NCBI GenBank assembly: GCA_963844965.1
Contig: CAWJQC010000007.1
Coordinates: 96,001 to 160,000, forward strand
Direction: 5' to 3'
Source: an uncultured bacterium
GTDB taxonomy: Bacteria; Patescibacteriota; Minisyncoccia; UBA6257; 2-01-FULL-56-20
Length of the DNA: 64,000 nucleotides
Part shown: in pieces, positions 36,666 to 46,737 of the stretch
How positions within the stretch are numbered: the stretch's first letter is position 1
Layout of the letters: every line of letters starts with the position of its first letter
Notes under the pieces: generated by a model
Told to the model about the DNA's origin: nothing
Database searches by the model: none
What the model saw: only the letters and a program-made list of their open reading frames with translations
Translations under genes and position numbers: made by a program

Positions 36666-37526
36666 ATGTTGGATCTTCACGAGAAAAAAATAAGGCATTT
36701 GGAATTTATCGCGAACAAGTTACGCGAGGACGTGATTGGGATGGTTTCGGGGGCAGGTTCGGGACATATCGCTGGACCTCTCGGGATGGCCGACATCTTC
36801 GCCGCTCTTTATTTCCATATTTTGAGTCACAATCCCAAAAACCCCGGATGGGAGGGGCGCGACCGGCTGGTTTTGTCCAACGGCCATATCTGCCCTGTTC
36901 AATACGCGGCTCTTGCCCGTGCCGGTTATTTTCCGCTGGAGGAATTGAACACTTTGCGCCAGATCAATTCGCGGCTTCAGGGCCATCCGCATAGGAAAGC
37001 CTTGCCTGGGATTGAGACGACCTCCGGTCCTCTCGGAAGCGGAATTTCACAGGCAATCGGAATGGCGTTCGCGGCCCGGCTGGACGGCAAAAAATACCGC
37101 GTTTATTGTTTAACTTCCGATGCCGAACACGAGGAAGGCAACACTTGGGAAGCGTTGATGTTCGCCGGGAAGAACCGATTGAGCAATCTGACCGTTGTCG
37201 TTGACCGCAACAACATTCAGATAGACGGTTTTACGGAGAACGTGATGCCGCTTGAACCCTTGCGCGCCAAGTATGAAACGTTTAACTGGGAAGTTCTGGA
37301 GATCGACGGCCACGACTTCCGCCAAATTATTTCCGCCGTGGCCGAAGCGCAAGCGATTTACGAAAAGCCGACTGTGATAATAGCCCACACGATTCCCGGC
37401 AGGGGTGTTGGTTTCATGGAGTATGACTATCTCTGGCACAGCAAGCCGTTCAAGCCGGGGGAAGCGGAGAAGGCTTTGCGTGAATTGAGAACGTTGGGCG
37501 GAAAAATAGGAGGCGAACACGAATAG
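36666..37526 (+). CDS. transketolase, N-terminal (thiamine-diphosphate-binding) subunit
   Basis: GHIAGPLGMADIF and GPLGSGIS motifs. 286 aa matches the split-transketolase N subunit. Confidence 0.85.
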   Translation: MLDLHEKKIRHLEFIANKLREDVIGMVSGAGSGHIAGPLGMADIFAALYFHILSHNPKNPGWEGRDRLVLSNGHICPVQYAALARAGYFPLEELNTLRQINSRLQGHPHRKALPGIETTSGPLGSGISQAIGMAFAARLDGKKYRVYCLTSDAEHEEGNTWEALMFAGKNRLSNLTVVVDRNNIQIDGFTENVMPLEPLRAKYETFNWEVLEIDGHDFRQIISAVAEAQAIYEKPTVIIAHTIPGRGVGFMEYDYLWHSKPFKPGEAEKALRELRTLGGKIGGEHE

Positions 37527-37581
37527 TTAGAAAGTAGTAGGTAGTAAGTAGAAAGTAGAACAGAAACAAAGTAGAAATACA

Positions 37582-38304
37582 ATGGAAACAAGAGAAATAT
37601 TCATGAGCAGGAAAGGTTTCGCGCCAATTTTCGTAATTCTTATCGTTGTCGTTGCTATTGCCGCGGCTGTGATCGCTGGGATTGTTGTAAAAAATACAAC
37701 AAAGAATAGGCAAGCGGTTGAGCAAGCGGCGGCGCCAGCGGAGCAATCGGCGACGGTTTCGAGTACGCCAGCCGCGGCGAGTTCAACAATCGAAGTCGTA
37801 GGTTCCTCGACTGGTTCGACAAGCTCACAGCAAGCAAGTTCGGGACAAGCGTCGGTTGATACCTCTACTTGGCAAACCTACCGCAACGAGGAGTATGGGT
37901 TTGAGGTGAAGTATCCGTCAAACTATGTTGCCGAAGAAATTTCGGATGTAGTTCACGAATTCGATCTGCTCGTCTATCCCCATGGCAATTACGGCGAAGG
38001 TGAGGAAATTCCCGGACTTAACGTATTTATTGATAGTCAGCCGCTCAAACTCATAAAGAACGTCGGAAAGACCTATTCGGATATCGAAGATTTTGTAAAG
38101 AACGAGCCAAGTTGGTTCAAAACGCCTGCGCAGTTGGTAGATTTCAACGGTATCAAGGCCGCGCAATCATTGACCGGTCAGAATAACAGATATGTTCAAT
38201 ACAATTTTATTAACGGCCAGCTGTTCTTTTCGGTGTATGTCGACCAGTTTGTTGATACTGCCGAAATCGAGAACATTGCGCGTACTTTCGAATTCATAAA
38301 ATAA
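37582..38304 (+). CDS. membrane-anchored protein, paralog of 34021-34701, inserted between the tkt subunit genes
   Basis: TM, S/T-rich linker, DTSTWQTYRNEEYGFEVKYPSNY, terminal TFEFIK. Confidence 0.5.
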   Translation: METREIFMSRKGFAPIFVILIVVVAIAAAVIAGIVVKNTTKNRQAVEQAAAPAEQSATVSSTPAAASSTIEVVGSSTGSTSSQQASSGQASVDTSTWQTYRNEEYGFEVKYPSNYVAEEISDVVHEFDLLVYPHGNYGEGEEIPGLNVFIDSQPLKLIKNVGKTYSDIEDFVKNEPSWFKTPAQLVDFNGIKAAQSLTGQNNRYVQYNFINGQLFFSVYVDQFVDTAEIENIARTFEFIK

Positions 38305-38308
38305 AACC

Positions 38309-39325
38309 GTGATTAACCTAGAGGCAAAATTATCCGAAAAAGTTTTTAAGGTAGAGGTGGAGCAAAAGCCGATTCGTGACGGCTACGGCGAGGGTCTGCT
38401 TTTGGCCGGCGAAGCGAACCGGAATGTTGTTGCATTGACCGCCGACCTCACTGAGTCCACGCGCGCGAACGCATTCGCTGAAAAATTCCCCGAAAGATTT
38501 TTTGAGTGCGGCGTTGCCGAACAGAATATGGCGGCGATCGCGGCGGGACTGGGTATTTCCGGAAAAATTCCGTTCATTTCCTCCTTCGCCACATTTTCTC
38601 CGGGGCGTAATTGGGAACAGATTCGGACAACTATCGCTTATAACGATTCCAACGTGAAGATCGCTGGGCATCATACCGGCGTGTCAACCGGTCCCGACGG
38701 CGCGACGCATCAGGCAACGGAGGATATCGCGATGATGAGGACATTGCCCAACATGAAAGTGATTGTGCCGTGCGATGCGATTGAAGCGCGAAAGGCGACG
38801 CTCGCCGCCGCGCATATTTGGGGACCGGTTTACTTGCGTTTCGCGCGCGAAAGAACTCCCATAATGACAACCGAAGCGACTCCGTTCGTGCCTGGCAAAG
38901 CTGAAATTTTTTGGGGAGACCCCTCGGCAAGCTCGGGGCGACGGCTGAAGCCGTCGGTTTTAATCGTCGGTTGCGGCAGTTTGTTGTACAACGCGCTTAT
39001 TGCTGCGCGCGATTTGGAAAGAATAAAAATCGGCACGATAGTTTTGAATTGCCACACGATAAAACCGCTGGATGAGAATAAAATCGCGGAGCTCGCGAAA
39101 AAAATCGGCGCGGTAGTTACCGTTGAGGAGCATCAGATCGCAGGCGGCCTTGGTGGTGCGGTTGCCGAGCTCTTGGCTAAACACGCACCGGTGCCGATGG
39201 AGTTTGTAGGAGTGCGCGACACCTTCGGCGAATCCGGCCCACCCGCGGCGCTTGTAGAAAAGTACGGAATGGGAGTTGATAGTATAAAGGTGGCGATTAG
39301 AAAAGTTTTAAGACGGAAGAAGTAA
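38309..39325 (+). CDS. transketolase, C-terminal (pyrimidine-binding) subunit
   Basis: FFECGVAEQNMAAIAAGL motif and C-terminal transketolase domain. Confidence 0.85.
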   Translation: MINLEAKLSEKVFKVEVEQKPIRDGYGEGLLLAGEANRNVVALTADLTESTRANAFAEKFPERFFECGVAEQNMAAIAAGLGISGKIPFISSFATFSPGRNWEQIRTTIAYNDSNVKIAGHHTGVSTGPDGATHQATEDIAMMRTLPNMKVIVPCDAIEARKATLAAAHIWGPVYLRFARERTPIMTTEATPFVPGKAEIFWGDPSASSGRRLKPSVLIVGCGSLLYNALIAARDLERIKIGTIVLNCHTIKPLDENKIAELAKKIGAVVTVEEHQIAGGLGGAVAELLAKHAPVPMEFVGVRDTFGESGPPAALVEKYGMGVDSIKVAIRKVLRRKK

Positions 39326-39374
39326 TCTGTCTCCGAAAGTTGGGCGAGTAAAAAAACAAATCCCCAGCCGCGTT

Positions 39375-40763
39375 ATGGATAATAATCCTATGCCAGTTCC
39401 GCCGGAATTAAGCTTGCCGCCTCGTCCGCGTTCTTCGCGAGTAAAATGGATTTTAGTCATCCTCATCGTGATTGTAGCGGTCGGCGCCGGTTTTTACTTC
39501 GGGTCAGCGAGGCGCGCTCAGGAACTTTATTCCGGCGGCACCGAGCCCGTCGGATCAATTCAGAAACTCCAAAGTAATTTTTCTTACAAGCCCTGCGTCC
39601 AAGCCAGTTCTTCGGATGCCATCGGCGCCCTCGTGAATGCCAACAATTGCTTTGCTTTCAACGCGTACGAGGATATTAAAGAATCATCCAATGGAAATAT
39701 TTTTTTCTCACCCTACAGTATCTCTGAAGCGGCCGGAATGGTGTATGAAGGAGCACGAGGCGAGACTGCGTTGCAGATACAGAACGTATTTGAGTTTCCC
39801 GATAACGCCGACGCCAGAAAATCGGCACTACTCGCAATATACAACGATTTGAATTCTACAAGCAGCGAGTATGCGTTAAATGTCGCGAATGCGGTGTGGG
39901 TAGAGCGCGATTTTCCGATTCTGGATGATTACTTGAGCACCGTCCGGCAATACTACGGCGGCGAAGCAACGAATCTTGATTTTGCCGGCAATCCCGGGCA
40001 AGCGACGGACGCAGTAAATAAGTGGGTCTCGGACAAAACCAGCGGCAAGATTCCGACGCTTTTTGACGGTCCTCTGAGCCAGCAGGCCAAACTTGTTCTT
40101 ACGGACGCCATTTATTTCAAAGGTTCCTGGGCTCACGCCTTTGAGGCCGGTCAAACGAAACCAGCGACGTTTCGCCCGATGGGAGGAGCGAGCGTTCAAG
40201 TCCCAACAATGCAGTCGGTCGGATCGGATAACGAGTACGCTTACGCCGAAACGGACGACCTCCAATTATTGGAGCTGCCCTATAAAGGGAACAAGTTGGA
40301 TATGGTGATTATTTTGCCGAAGAGCGACGATCCTTCGCACGTTGAAAGTTTGCTCTCGCCGCAAAATCTCACCGACTGGGAAAGGCAGGCTTTTAGCCGG
40401 AAGGTTGACATGTATATTCCGAAATTCACATTTAGCGAAGGATACGATCTTGGTCAGCTGCTTCAGGGGATGGGCATGACACTGGCCTTCGATTCGCATC
40501 CGGGGATAGCCGATTTTTCCGGAATTGACGGCAAAAAAGACCTTTACATTGACGTCGCAGTTCACAAAGCGTTCGTTGCCGTGGACGAAAAAGGAACGGA
40601 GGCTGCCGCGGCGACAGGCTTCGGTTTCGCTCCGACGATGGCTGTTTTCGTGCCGCCTCCGCGAGTAATTTTCCGCGCCGACCACCCGTTTATCTTTTTA
40701 ATTCAGGATGTTGAAAACGGCGACATTCTTTTCTTGGGCAAAGTCGTGGATCCTAAAAGTTAA
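39375..40763 (+). CDS. serpin (serine protease inhibitor) with N-terminal membrane anchor
   Basis: FSPYSISEAAGMVYEGARGET, NAVWVERDF, NAIYFKGSW and hinge/signature FRADHPFIFLIQD. Confidence 0.8.
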   Translation: MDNNPMPVPPELSLPPRPRSSRVKWILVILIVIVAVGAGFYFGSARRAQELYSGGTEPVGSIQKLQSNFSYKPCVQASSSDAIGALVNANNCFAFNAYEDIKESSNGNIFFSPYSISEAAGMVYEGARGETALQIQNVFEFPDNADARKSALLAIYNDLNSTSSEYALNVANAVWVERDFPILDDYLSTVRQYYGGEATNLDFAGNPGQATDAVNKWVSDKTSGKIPTLFDGPLSQQAKLVLTDAIYFKGSWAHAFEAGQTKPATFRPMGGASVQVPTMQSVGSDNEYAYAETDDLQLLELPYKGNKLDMVIILPKSDDPSHVESLLSPQNLTDWERQAFSRKVDMYIPKFTFSEGYDLGQLLQGMGMTLAFDSHPGIADFSGIDGKKDLYIDVAVHKAFVAVDEKGTEAAAATGFGFAPTMAVFVPPPRVIFRADHPFIFLIQDVENGDILFLGKVVDPKS

Positions 40764-40901
40764 GCTCTGCGCGCGGAAAATTTTTTAAAAGCGCCGATTT
40801 TCTGCTATACTTTAATTATGTTTGACGTTGTTGCTCGGTTCTGTGAGCTAGGATAATAGAGCTAAAATTACTAAAGGCGTGACTAAAACACATAAATAAG
40901 C

Positions 40902-41897
40902 ATGAGAAAAAAATATGACTTGGTGACCGTGGGGGATTGCGTTGTTGACGCTTTTATCCAGCTTCGTGAAGCATCGGTGCATTGCGACAAAAATCATGAG
41001 CAATGCGAGCTTTGCATGGCTTTCGGGGATAAAATTCCCTACGATTCGCTCGTAGTGATGCCTGCAGTCGGCAATTCATCAAACGTGGCGGTGGGTACCC
41101 GGCGTTTGGGCCTGCGAACCGCCATCCTTGCCGCCATCGGCGACGATTACTACGGTAAGCAAATACTGGACGTATATCGGCGGGAGAAGGTAAGCCCTGA
41201 GTTCGTGAAGATCAACAAGGGAATACCAACGAATTATCATTTTGTGCTGACGTTCAAGGCCGAACGGACGATCTTGATAAAACACGAGAATTACGATTAT
41301 TACAGCCCCAATCTCCTGGGAAGTACCGATTGGATCTACTTTTCTTCAATGGGCGAACATACCTTGCCGTTCCATAGGAAGCTCGCCGATTATTTGGCGC
41401 GCCATCCCCGCGTGCGTATGGGTTTCAATCCTGGAACTTATCAGCTGCGTTTCGGAAAGGACAAACTCCGAGATATTTATAGAAGAAGCCACGTGCTTTT
41501 TGTGAATCGGGAGGAAGCCGGACATATCCTTGGTATCGGCGATTTAGATATCAAAAAACTTCTTTACGGTCTCCACGGATTGGGTCCGAAAATTGTCGTG
41601 ATTACCGACGGTCCCTCCGGAGCCTACGCGTCCGACGGGCGCGAGCGGTTGTTCATTCCGAAACACTCCGATCCCAAGCCGCCGGTTTCGCGTACCGGAG
41701 CGGGCGATGCCTTTTCGTCTGGTTTTATGGCGGCTCTTATTTACGGCCTTCCGCTTGAAGACGCTTTAAGATGGGGTCCGGTTGAATCTATGCGCGTCGT
41801 CCAGTTTTTTGGAGCTCAGACCGGTCTCCTTACCAAAAACGAGATTCTGACATTACTGAACAAGGCTCCAAGATCCTTCAAGCCAAAAAAGATTTGA
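40902..41897 (+). CDS. PfkB-family carbohydrate kinase
   Basis: C-terminal PfkB signature TGAGDAFSSGF plus N-terminal GG-motif region. Confidence 0.75.
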   Translation: MRKKYDLVTVGDCVVDAFIQLREASVHCDKNHEQCELCMAFGDKIPYDSLVVMPAVGNSSNVAVGTRRLGLRTAILAAIGDDYYGKQILDVYRREKVSPEFVKINKGIPTNYHFVLTFKAERTILIKHENYDYYSPNLLGSTDWIYFSSMGEHTLPFHRKLADYLARHPRVRMGFNPGTYQLRFGKDKLRDIYRRSHVLFVNREEAGHILGIGDLDIKKLLYGLHGLGPKIVVITDGPSGAYASDGRERLFIPKHSDPKPPVSRTGAGDAFSSGFMAALIYGLPLEDALRWGPVESMRVVQFFGAQTGLLTKNEILTLLNKAPRSFKPKKI

Positions 41898-41900
41898 TTC

Positions 41901-42812
41901 ATGAAAGCATTAAAGGACTTTCTCAAAGAAACCGATGCGGGAGGATTTGCCATTGGGCATTTCAATTTTTCCGACCTTGCGGGTCTTAAGGCGATCTTTG
42001 AGGCGGCGGAGGAGTTAAATGTTCCGGTTATGGTCGGGGTTTCGGAGGGCGAGCGGGAATTCGTTGGGGTCTGGCAAGCGGCCGCGCTCGTGAAAAGTTT
42101 GCGCGAAGAATACGATTACCCGATTTTTTTGAATGCCGACCACACGCATTCTTTGGAAAAGGTCCGGGAAGCCGCCGAAGCCGGTTTTGACGAGATTTTG
42201 TTTGACCCCACACCTAACTTCGTTGGGAGAGGGGCAAGCGGCTCCGAGTCCGTGTTGGAGGAAAGTATTAGATTGACGAAAGAAGCGGTGCGGCTCGTAA
42301 AATCCATAAATAAAAAGATTTTGGTTGAGGGGGAGATTGGCTACATCGGTAGTTCATCGGAGGTGATGAAGGAGCGGCCGGAGGGGATAGAGCTTACGAT
42401 GCCGGAAGAAGCGCAGATGTTCGTGAAAGAAACCGGTGTTGATGTTCTGGCGCCGGCGGTCGGCAATATGCACGGGCTCTTAGCGCGGACGGGCGCGGAC
42501 GGTACGCGGACTTACGCGGAAAAGCGGTTGGATATCGCTCGCGTTAAGGCGATAAAGGATGCAGTGAAAATTCCGCTTACTTTGCATGGCGGTTCCGGCA
42601 CGGCTGACGAAGATTTTGTCGCGGCTATTAAAGCCGGAATCAATATAATCCACATAAATACGGAAATCCGCCTTGCTTGGCGCCGCGGCGTGGAAGAGGG
42701 ACTGAAAAACAATCCCGACGAAATCGCGCCCTATAAAATTCTGCCGCCGGCGGTAGAAGGAATTAAAAAAATCGTAAAAGAGAGATTGGAATTATTTAGG
42801 AGAGAAACTTAG
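41901..42812 (+). CDS. fba: class II fructose/tagatose-bisphosphate aldolase family protein
   Basis: GFAIGHFNF ... LHGGSG blocks of the class II aldolase family. Confidence 0.7.
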   Translation: MKALKDFLKETDAGGFAIGHFNFSDLAGLKAIFEAAEELNVPVMVGVSEGEREFVGVWQAAALVKSLREEYDYPIFLNADHTHSLEKVREAAEAGFDEILFDPTPNFVGRGASGSESVLEESIRLTKEAVRLVKSINKKILVEGEIGYIGSSSEVMKERPEGIELTMPEEAQMFVKETGVDVLAPAVGNMHGLLARTGADGTRTYAEKRLDIARVKAIKDAVKIPLTLHGGSGTADEDFVAAIKAGINIIHINTEIRLAWRRGVEEGLKNNPDEIAPYKILPPAVEGIKKIVKERLELFRRET

Positions 42813-43076
42813 TTGTTGCGGCGCAGTGAGAGCAGTTTGGCTCAAAAAATATAGCCGCAGCACTGTGCGCTTCAAGTAACTTTTTCAGCCGCCGCGGCCT
42901 TATATTGTAGGTAGAGAGTTGCGGTCGGCTTATTTTTTTGTTATCCTATAGCCATGGATCTATCCGTTCAAAAACGCGAAAAATTAACGGCGGAGCCACT
43001 ATCCTGAGGGTAAAGCCCGAAGGATCTCGTTGAGATTCTTCGCTTCGCTCAGAATGACACGCCACATTGTTTTAAT

Positions 43077-43778
43077 ATGGAACTCGTTGTTCAAAAAAGA
43101 GAAAAATTTGGCAAAGCGGTAAGGTCTCTGCGTGAACAGGGCCTGATTCCGGCCGAGCTGTATGGCCGCGGGATTAAAAATTTGCATTTGGCGGTTCCCG
43201 CGAAGGATTTTCTTAAGACATGGAAGCAGGCCGGCGCGAACACCGTAGTTAATGTGCTTGTGGAGAACAGAAAACACCCCGTGCTCATATACGACGTTAA
43301 GAAAGATTACCTGACCGGCGAAGTTGAACATGTTGATTTCTACGCCGTGCGCATGGACGAGAAAATCAAGGCCAAAATTCCGCTTGAATTTGTGGGCGAG
43401 GCGCCGGCGGTCAAGGAAAAAAGCGGCATTTTAAATAAAGCTATGGCCGAAATTGAGGTTGAAGCGTTGCCGGCAAATTTGCCGCACAGCTTTGAAGTGG
43501 ATATCTCGTCGCTGGATGATATCAATAAGAGCATCTACGTTAAGGACATTAAGGTGCCGAAGGATGTAAGCGTTATTGTTGATCCGGAGACGGTTATCGC
43601 AACCGTTACGCCGCCGGCCAAGGAGGAAGAAAAAGTTGAAGCGCCGGTTGATATGAGTGCGGTTAAAGTTGAAGGCGAGGAAAAGAAGGCGGAACGGGCG
43701 GCGGAAAAGGTTAAGGGAGAAGAGGGTGGCGAACCACTTGTGAAGCCCGTGAAGGAAGAGCCCCCGAAAAAAGCATAG
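43077..43778 (+). CDS. rplY: 50S ribosomal protein L25 (Ctc form with C-terminal extension)
   Basis: MELVVQKREKFGKAVRSLREQGLIPAELYG N-terminus typical of bL25. Acidic/lysine-rich tail. Confidence 0.8.
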   Translation: MELVVQKREKFGKAVRSLREQGLIPAELYGRGIKNLHLAVPAKDFLKTWKQAGANTVVNVLVENRKHPVLIYDVKKDYLTGEVEHVDFYAVRMDEKIKAKIPLEFVGEAPAVKEKSGILNKAMAEIEVEALPANLPHSFEVDISSLDDINKSIYVKDIKVPKDVSVIVDPETVIATVTPPAKEEEKVEAPVDMSAVKVEGEEKKAERAAEKVKGEEGGEPLVKPVKEEPPKKA

Positions 43779-43898
43779 AGTAATGGCCAGATCTAAGGGT
43801 CCGAAGCCAAAAGTTTTAGGTGACATAAGCCTGCCTGCCGCAGCACTCGGCGGGCAGGTTCTTCTAAAATCCCTGGGCGGCGCGATAACTTTACGGCC

Positions 43899-45275
43899 TT
43901 GCCCGAGAGGTTGAATTTGAGCTACGAGAAAGTTCTGCGCCTGCCGCTCACCAATTTTTTCAAGTTGCTGCTCTGCCTTCTCGCGGCGGCCTTTTTGGTT
44001 TTGGGAACCGTCACCGCGCCGACGATTTTTATGCTTGCATCCGGCCAGTCCAGCGCGACAAGCACCGCTGAACGGCAGCAGCTTGAAACGCAGCTCGCGG
44101 GACTGGAGGATCAGATAAATCAGTACGAAGACCAGATAACCGGCTATCAAAAACAGGGGAATTCTCTTAAGGGCGAGATAGATATTCTGAACGATAAGGT
44201 GGCGAAGCTGAACCTACAGATTCAAGCCATCAATCTGACCCTGGCGGACATTAACAAGAACATAGACGAAACCAAATCGCAGATTGACATTACGGAATCC
44301 AGCATTGAGGCGAAGAAACTTTCGCTCGCCCAGCTGCTTCGGGAGCTTTACGAAGGCGAGAGCCAATCCCTTGTGGAGATTTTTCTGCAAAATCCTCACT
44401 TGTCAGATTTCTTCGCCGACGCGCAAAACGTGACATTGCTGCAGGATAATTTGCGCGTCAGCGTTGAGCAGATTACCGATTTGAAAAACCAGCTTCAGGA
44501 CAAACAAAACCAGTTCTTTTTGGCGAAGGCCGACGCTGAAACCACCCAGGCGTATCAAGCGAGTCAAAAAGCCGAAATCGCGGACACCAAGGAACAGAAA
44601 AACGAACTTCTCACCGAGACAAAGGGACAGGAATCCAAATATCAGACGCTCCTCCAGCAAACCAAGGAAACAGCCGCGCAGATCAGAAGCAGGATTTTTC
44701 AATTGTTGGGAGGCGGTGAACTGAGTTTTGAGGATGCCTACCAGTATGCGAAGCTCGCCGGCGGGGCGACGGGAATTGACCCGTCTTTGATTCTGGCCGT
44801 TCTTGACCGTGAGTCGGCTCTGGGGCAGAACGTCGGTAAATGCAACTATAAGACGGCGATGAGTCCTGCGAATCAGACGTTATTCCTGCAAATTATGAGC
44901 GAGCTTGCCATTAGTCCCGACACGGTCACCGTTTCTTGCCCGAACAGCGACGGGGTGTACGGCGGCGCGATGGGTCCGGCGCAGTTCGTGCCTTCAACGT
45001 GGAATTTTTATAAGGATGCCGTATCCAAAATTACCGGCAATTCACCGGCGTCGCCATGGAACAACGCCGACGCCTTCGCCGCCACGGCGCTTTATCTGAA
45101 GGATGGGATGACCGGCTGTAAGGCGATTTACAGCGTGAACGACAGCATCAACCGCTGCACGGCCGCGAAATATTACGCCGGCTCGCGCTGGCGGAGCTAT
45201 CTTTGGACATACGGGGAGGCTGTCGTTGACCGCGCGAAGAGCTTTGCGGAGGACATAGCGACGATAACGAGCTGA
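43899..45275 (+). CDS. membrane-anchored coiled-coil protein with C-terminal lytic transglycosylase (MltB-like) domain
   Basis: Long Q/L-rich coiled-coil then GGAMGPAQFVPSTW (MltB-family GAMGPMQFMPST motif). Confidence 0.55.
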   Translation: MPERLNLSYEKVLRLPLTNFFKLLLCLLAAAFLVLGTVTAPTIFMLASGQSSATSTAERQQLETQLAGLEDQINQYEDQITGYQKQGNSLKGEIDILNDKVAKLNLQIQAINLTLADINKNIDETKSQIDITESSIEAKKLSLAQLLRELYEGESQSLVEIFLQNPHLSDFFADAQNVTLLQDNLRVSVEQITDLKNQLQDKQNQFFLAKADAETTQAYQASQKAEIADTKEQKNELLTETKGQESKYQTLLQQTKETAAQIRSRIFQLLGGGELSFEDAYQYAKLAGGATGIDPSLILAVLDRESALGQNVGKCNYKTAMSPANQTLFLQIMSELAISPDTVTVSCPNSDGVYGGAMGPAQFVPSTWNFYKDAVSKITGNSPASPWNNADAFAATALYLKDGMTGCKAIYSVNDSINRCTAAKYYAGSRWRSYLWTYGEAVVDRAKSFAEDIATITS

Positions 45276-45356
45276 TTTTTGCGTAACCAATCACTCGCAC
45301 AATCGTTTAAGTTAATATGTTCTGGTTGGTCGCGGTGTGACGAATTAAGTTGAGCA

Positions 45357-46637
45357 GTGATAATGGTATTCAAAAAAATAACTTTAGCCAACGGTTTGAG
45401 AATCATCCTCGCGCCGCAGCCTCAGAGTTTGGCGGCGACGGTTTTGATATTGGTCGCGGCCGGTTCTGAGTACGAAACAAATAAGATAAACGGCATATCG
45501 CATTTTCTGGAGCACATGATGTTCAAAGGAACCATCAATCGTCCGAAGCCTGGCATGATTGCCGAGGAGCTGGCGGCACTGGGCGCCCAAACCAACGCCT
45601 TTACTTCGCAAGAATACACTGGCTATTGGGGTAAGGCGGAAAATCACAAGCTGCCAAAAATTTTGGATATCGTATCCGATTTATATTTAAATCCGTTATT
45701 TAATCAAGAGGAGATAGAAAAAGAACGCGGAGTGATTATAGAGGAAATAAATAGATACGAAGATACGCCGCCACGGCGCGTGCAAGAATTTTTTACTTCG
45801 CTTTTATATGGTGACCAGCCGGCAGGGTGGGACATTGCTGGAAAAAAAGAGACCATAAGAAAGATCACGAAGAACGATTTTTTGAGGTATCGCGGAATCC
45901 ATTATATAGCACCTAAAACAGTGGTAGCAATTGCGGGAAAGTTTAACGAAAAAGAAGTTGAAGAACAAATTAGGAAGCGTTTTGGCGACTTAAGGCGCTA
46001 CGCCGTAGTCCGCAAAAGAAGAACTTCGGACAAACAAAGCAGAGCGGCGACGTTCGTTAAATTTAAAAATTCCGACCAAAGCCATCTCGTGCTTGGTGTG
46101 AGGGCTTTCGACCTATTTGACAAGAGAAGATATGCCATAGAGGTATTGGCGCACGTTCTTGGAAACTACTCAAGTATGAGTTCGCGGCTTTTCAAAAGAG
46201 TGAGAGAAGAAATGGGCGCGGCCTATTATATTGATGCTGGGGCGGACCTCTATCTTGATCACGGCTACCTTGCTGTTTCTGCAGGCGTGGATCATAAGAA
46301 GGTCAAACTGGTTATAGATGTTATTTTGGAGGAAATGAGACGCCTGAAGAAGGAATTGGTAGGCGAAAGTGAGCTTCAGAGGTCAAAAGACCATATCGTT
46401 GGGAATATGATATTAGGGCTGGAAACATCAGATGAGCTTGCCGGATTTTGCGGTCAGCAGGAAATATTAACCCGGCGTGTTTTGCCCGTTGAGCGATTAA
46501 TTGCTAAAATTCAAGGCGTGAGGGCTGGGGAGGTAAGAGCCGTCGCGAATCATATTTTTAGGGCCGATAAACTTAATCTTGCCATCATCGGGCCCTACAA
46601 AAAATCACAGATGTTTAAAAAAATCTTGAAATTATAA
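45357..46637 (+). CDS. M16-family zinc peptidase (insulinase-like)
   Basis: Inverted zincin motif HFLEHMMFKGT (HxxEH). Confidence 0.8.
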   Translation: MIMVFKKITLANGLRIILAPQPQSLAATVLILVAAGSEYETNKINGISHFLEHMMFKGTINRPKPGMIAEELAALGAQTNAFTSQEYTGYWGKAENHKLPKILDIVSDLYLNPLFNQEEIEKERGVIIEEINRYEDTPPRRVQEFFTSLLYGDQPAGWDIAGKKETIRKITKNDFLRYRGIHYIAPKTVVAIAGKFNEKEVEEQIRKRFGDLRRYAVVRKRRTSDKQSRAATFVKFKNSDQSHLVLGVRAFDLFDKRRYAIEVLAHVLGNYSSMSSRLFKRVREEMGAAYYIDAGADLYLDHGYLAVSAGVDHKKVKLVIDVILEEMRRLKKELVGESELQRSKDHIVGNMILGLETSDELAGFCGQQEILTRRVLPVERLIAKIQGVRAGEVRAVANHIFRADKLNLAIIGPYKKSQMFKKILKL

Positions 46638-46737
46638 TTCCTTACGAAAGTACGAAAACATACGAAATTACGAAAAAGGTGAGCCATGCCATTTCGTACA
46701 TTCGTACAATTTCGTATTTTCGTAAGACAAATTTCGT

